A stretch of DNA of 64,000 nucleotides, from positions 248,001-312,000 of the forward strand of contig MU004197.1 of NCBI GenBank assembly GCA_010093605.1, read 5' to 3'. The translations under genes were made by a program, and so were the position numbers. The stretch is from Lophium mytilinum (lineage: Eukaryota). The notes beneath the pieces are model-generated. The model saw nothing but the letters and a program-made list of their open reading frames with translations, searched no databases and was not told where the DNA came from. Shown here piece by piece: positions 61,998 through 64,000 of this stretch (its first letter is position 1; the number at the start of each line of letters is the position of its first letter).

Positions 61998-62857
61998 TCT
62001 GTACGCACTTGCTAAATTTTCTTAGGCCTGCTCGCCAAAATCAAGCGGAAGCTCAGTGTCTAATGGGAAGACGTCTAGTCTTCGCCACGGGGAGAAGAAT
62101 GTGCTCGGATACTAGAGGTACTATAGCACTCGTGGGCTCCTTTAGGGCTTAGCGGCGAGATGAATGGCTGTCTGGTACTATCCCAATCGCTTGGTTTTGT
62201 TTTTATTAGGCGTTAGGGTGTGGCGTGGACTCTTTCTAGCGCTGTGTAAGGTGCCACAGTAAGGTTGGCACTCTGTGACTGACCTGTTCTTCTTTCTTTA
62301 ATTTCTACTTTGTTCATTGCAACGACTGGTCCTCGGTGGCCTTTTCAATGCTTCCTCTATTATTTGTCCTAGATCTCCTAGCATCTTGTTCGCCATGGTC
62401 GGCACCTTTCTTTCTTCATTACGCTCACGCAGGATGGGTGGGGGTCTGCGCTCTAAGGCTACGATGAACGATGCGATGCGATGGTATAGATTAGAGGATG
62501 GGTGGCTTTCTTTACTACCGCTCTCGAGGTTTTTGGGGGCGTATTATCCTAGGTACCTGACGCGTTATGCGGAACGAACACGAGTATGCCATTGCCATCT
62601 CGTCCCAAGGCTTGTGTGCAAACCGTAGCTATTTGTGACAGCAGTCAACTTTGATGAGAGGGTAACGTGGGGCTGATATGTGCAAGTCATAAAGTTATGC
62701 GGCCCGTGCACAAAGACCCCACCATCTTGACTAAGAAAGAAATGCGGCCAACATCCCACCACCACCGCGAGCGCGTGAAGTCGACGCCCACAACAATTGA
62801 CCCCTCTTTTCTCCTACACCCTACACATCACCTACAGAATACTCCAGAGTCGCGATC

Positions 62858-64000
62858 ATGGTACGCAATCCCCCCAAACCTCTTGTTTCCACCCTTCCAA
62901 CCGCTCCAATACCTCCCGCTTCCATCTCCACCCTGCCCACGGTCCTCACATCCTAACTTCCGCAACCATTCCTTCCCTTCGACATGCCTCAACCTTTCTA
63001 GTGAATAGATGTGCTAACGTGGATTGGTTCGGATAGCTCGACATCAACGACTTCATCAAAGAGCGCGGCGGCGACGTGGCCAAGATCCGCCAGAGCCAGG
63101 AGAAGCGCCACGCGAGCGTTGAGCTGGTCGATGAGATTATCGAGGGCTTTGAGGTGCATCGGAAGAGTGCGTTATACCCTGCCTACACTACCCTACCTAC
63201 CCACCCCGCTTCCTTGCTCTGGTTCTTCATCGAAATCCTCACGATAGCCATTTGGGGTATACAAAAGACGCAGGCACAAATGGGCTCAACGCGCCAGAAT
63301 TTGAGAACATGCGCTAACATGCTTCCTTTTGAATAGCTCAATACGCATCCACCCAAGTCGGCGCCGCCATCAACCCCATCCAGAAGCAAATCGGCCTCAA
63401 AAAGAAAGCGAAGGAGGACGCGACGGAGCTGCTCGCCGAGGTCGCGAAGCTGAAGGAGGACAAGAAGGCGAAGGAAGAGGAGGCTGCGGAGCTACTCGAG
63501 AAGCTGTTGCGGAAGGTCAAGACGGTGGGGAACTATGTGCATGAGAGTGTGCCGGTTAGCGGGAATGAGGATGATAATGAGACGATTAAGGAGTGGGCAC
63601 CGGAAGGGGTGAAGGTGGAGCACAAGCCGGATGTGCTGCCGCATCATGGAGGTGAGTGGGGATACTGGGGTGGAAGAGGGAAGGGCGGAATGCTGATATT
63701 GGGTAGTGCTCACACGTCTGGATGGGTATGATCCGGAGCGGGGTGTGAAGATTGTTGGTATGTGGAGTCCTCATGATCTCAGAGAAGGGGTAATGATGTG
63801 CTGACTCTTTAAGGCCACCGGGGATACTGCTTGACTGGCTACGGTCTCTTCCTCAACCTCGCGGTAATATTCCTCCCCTTTCAGACCCCCAGAAACCAAG
63901 CTAATGAAAACAGCTCGTCAACTACGGCCTCGAATTCCTCTTCAACCGCGGCTTCACACCAAATCAGCCTCCGTTCTTCATGCTACGAGACGTCATGGCG
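62858..64000 (+). CDS. SES1: Cytosolic seryl-tRNA synthetase, 5' part (runs off the window)
   Basis: ATG-only first exon 62858-62860, intron to 63036, then LDINDFIKERGGD..IRQSQEKR, VGNYVHESVPVSGNEDDN, LDGYDPERGVKIVGHRGYCL and LVNYGLEFL..PPFFM across several short introns. Confidence 0.96.

Overview
This is an intron-containing filamentous ascomycete (Pezizomycotina-type) genomic window. The right end (60.9-64 kb) is housekeeping: Rheb GTPase and cytosolic seryl-tRNA synthetase. The rest looks like an accessory, defence-flavoured region. It holds four F-box-like genes (one missing from the ORF track because it runs off the left edge, one broken by a single TAG) and two diverged ~3,150-aa DUF6606/DUF3638/DUF3645-type helicase-like paralogs with an identically placed 52-nt intron. 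It also holds a HET-domain gene, a short fucose-lectin-like gene, an SDR, a frameshifted PTH11/SAT4-like membrane gene and several orphan or decayed ORFs. The most unusual signals are non-coding. First, five dispersed TATA-box-led units with modular hairpin-rich bodies all end in the same covarying stem-loop (loop CTTGT), suggesting an unannotated structured ncRNA gene family. Second, a 15-unit array keeps a 160/171-bp period despite strong sequence divergence. Third, related ~125-bp inverted-end repeats are arrayed directly behind both giant DUF3638 genes. All family assignments come from motif recognition by eye; no database searches were run.
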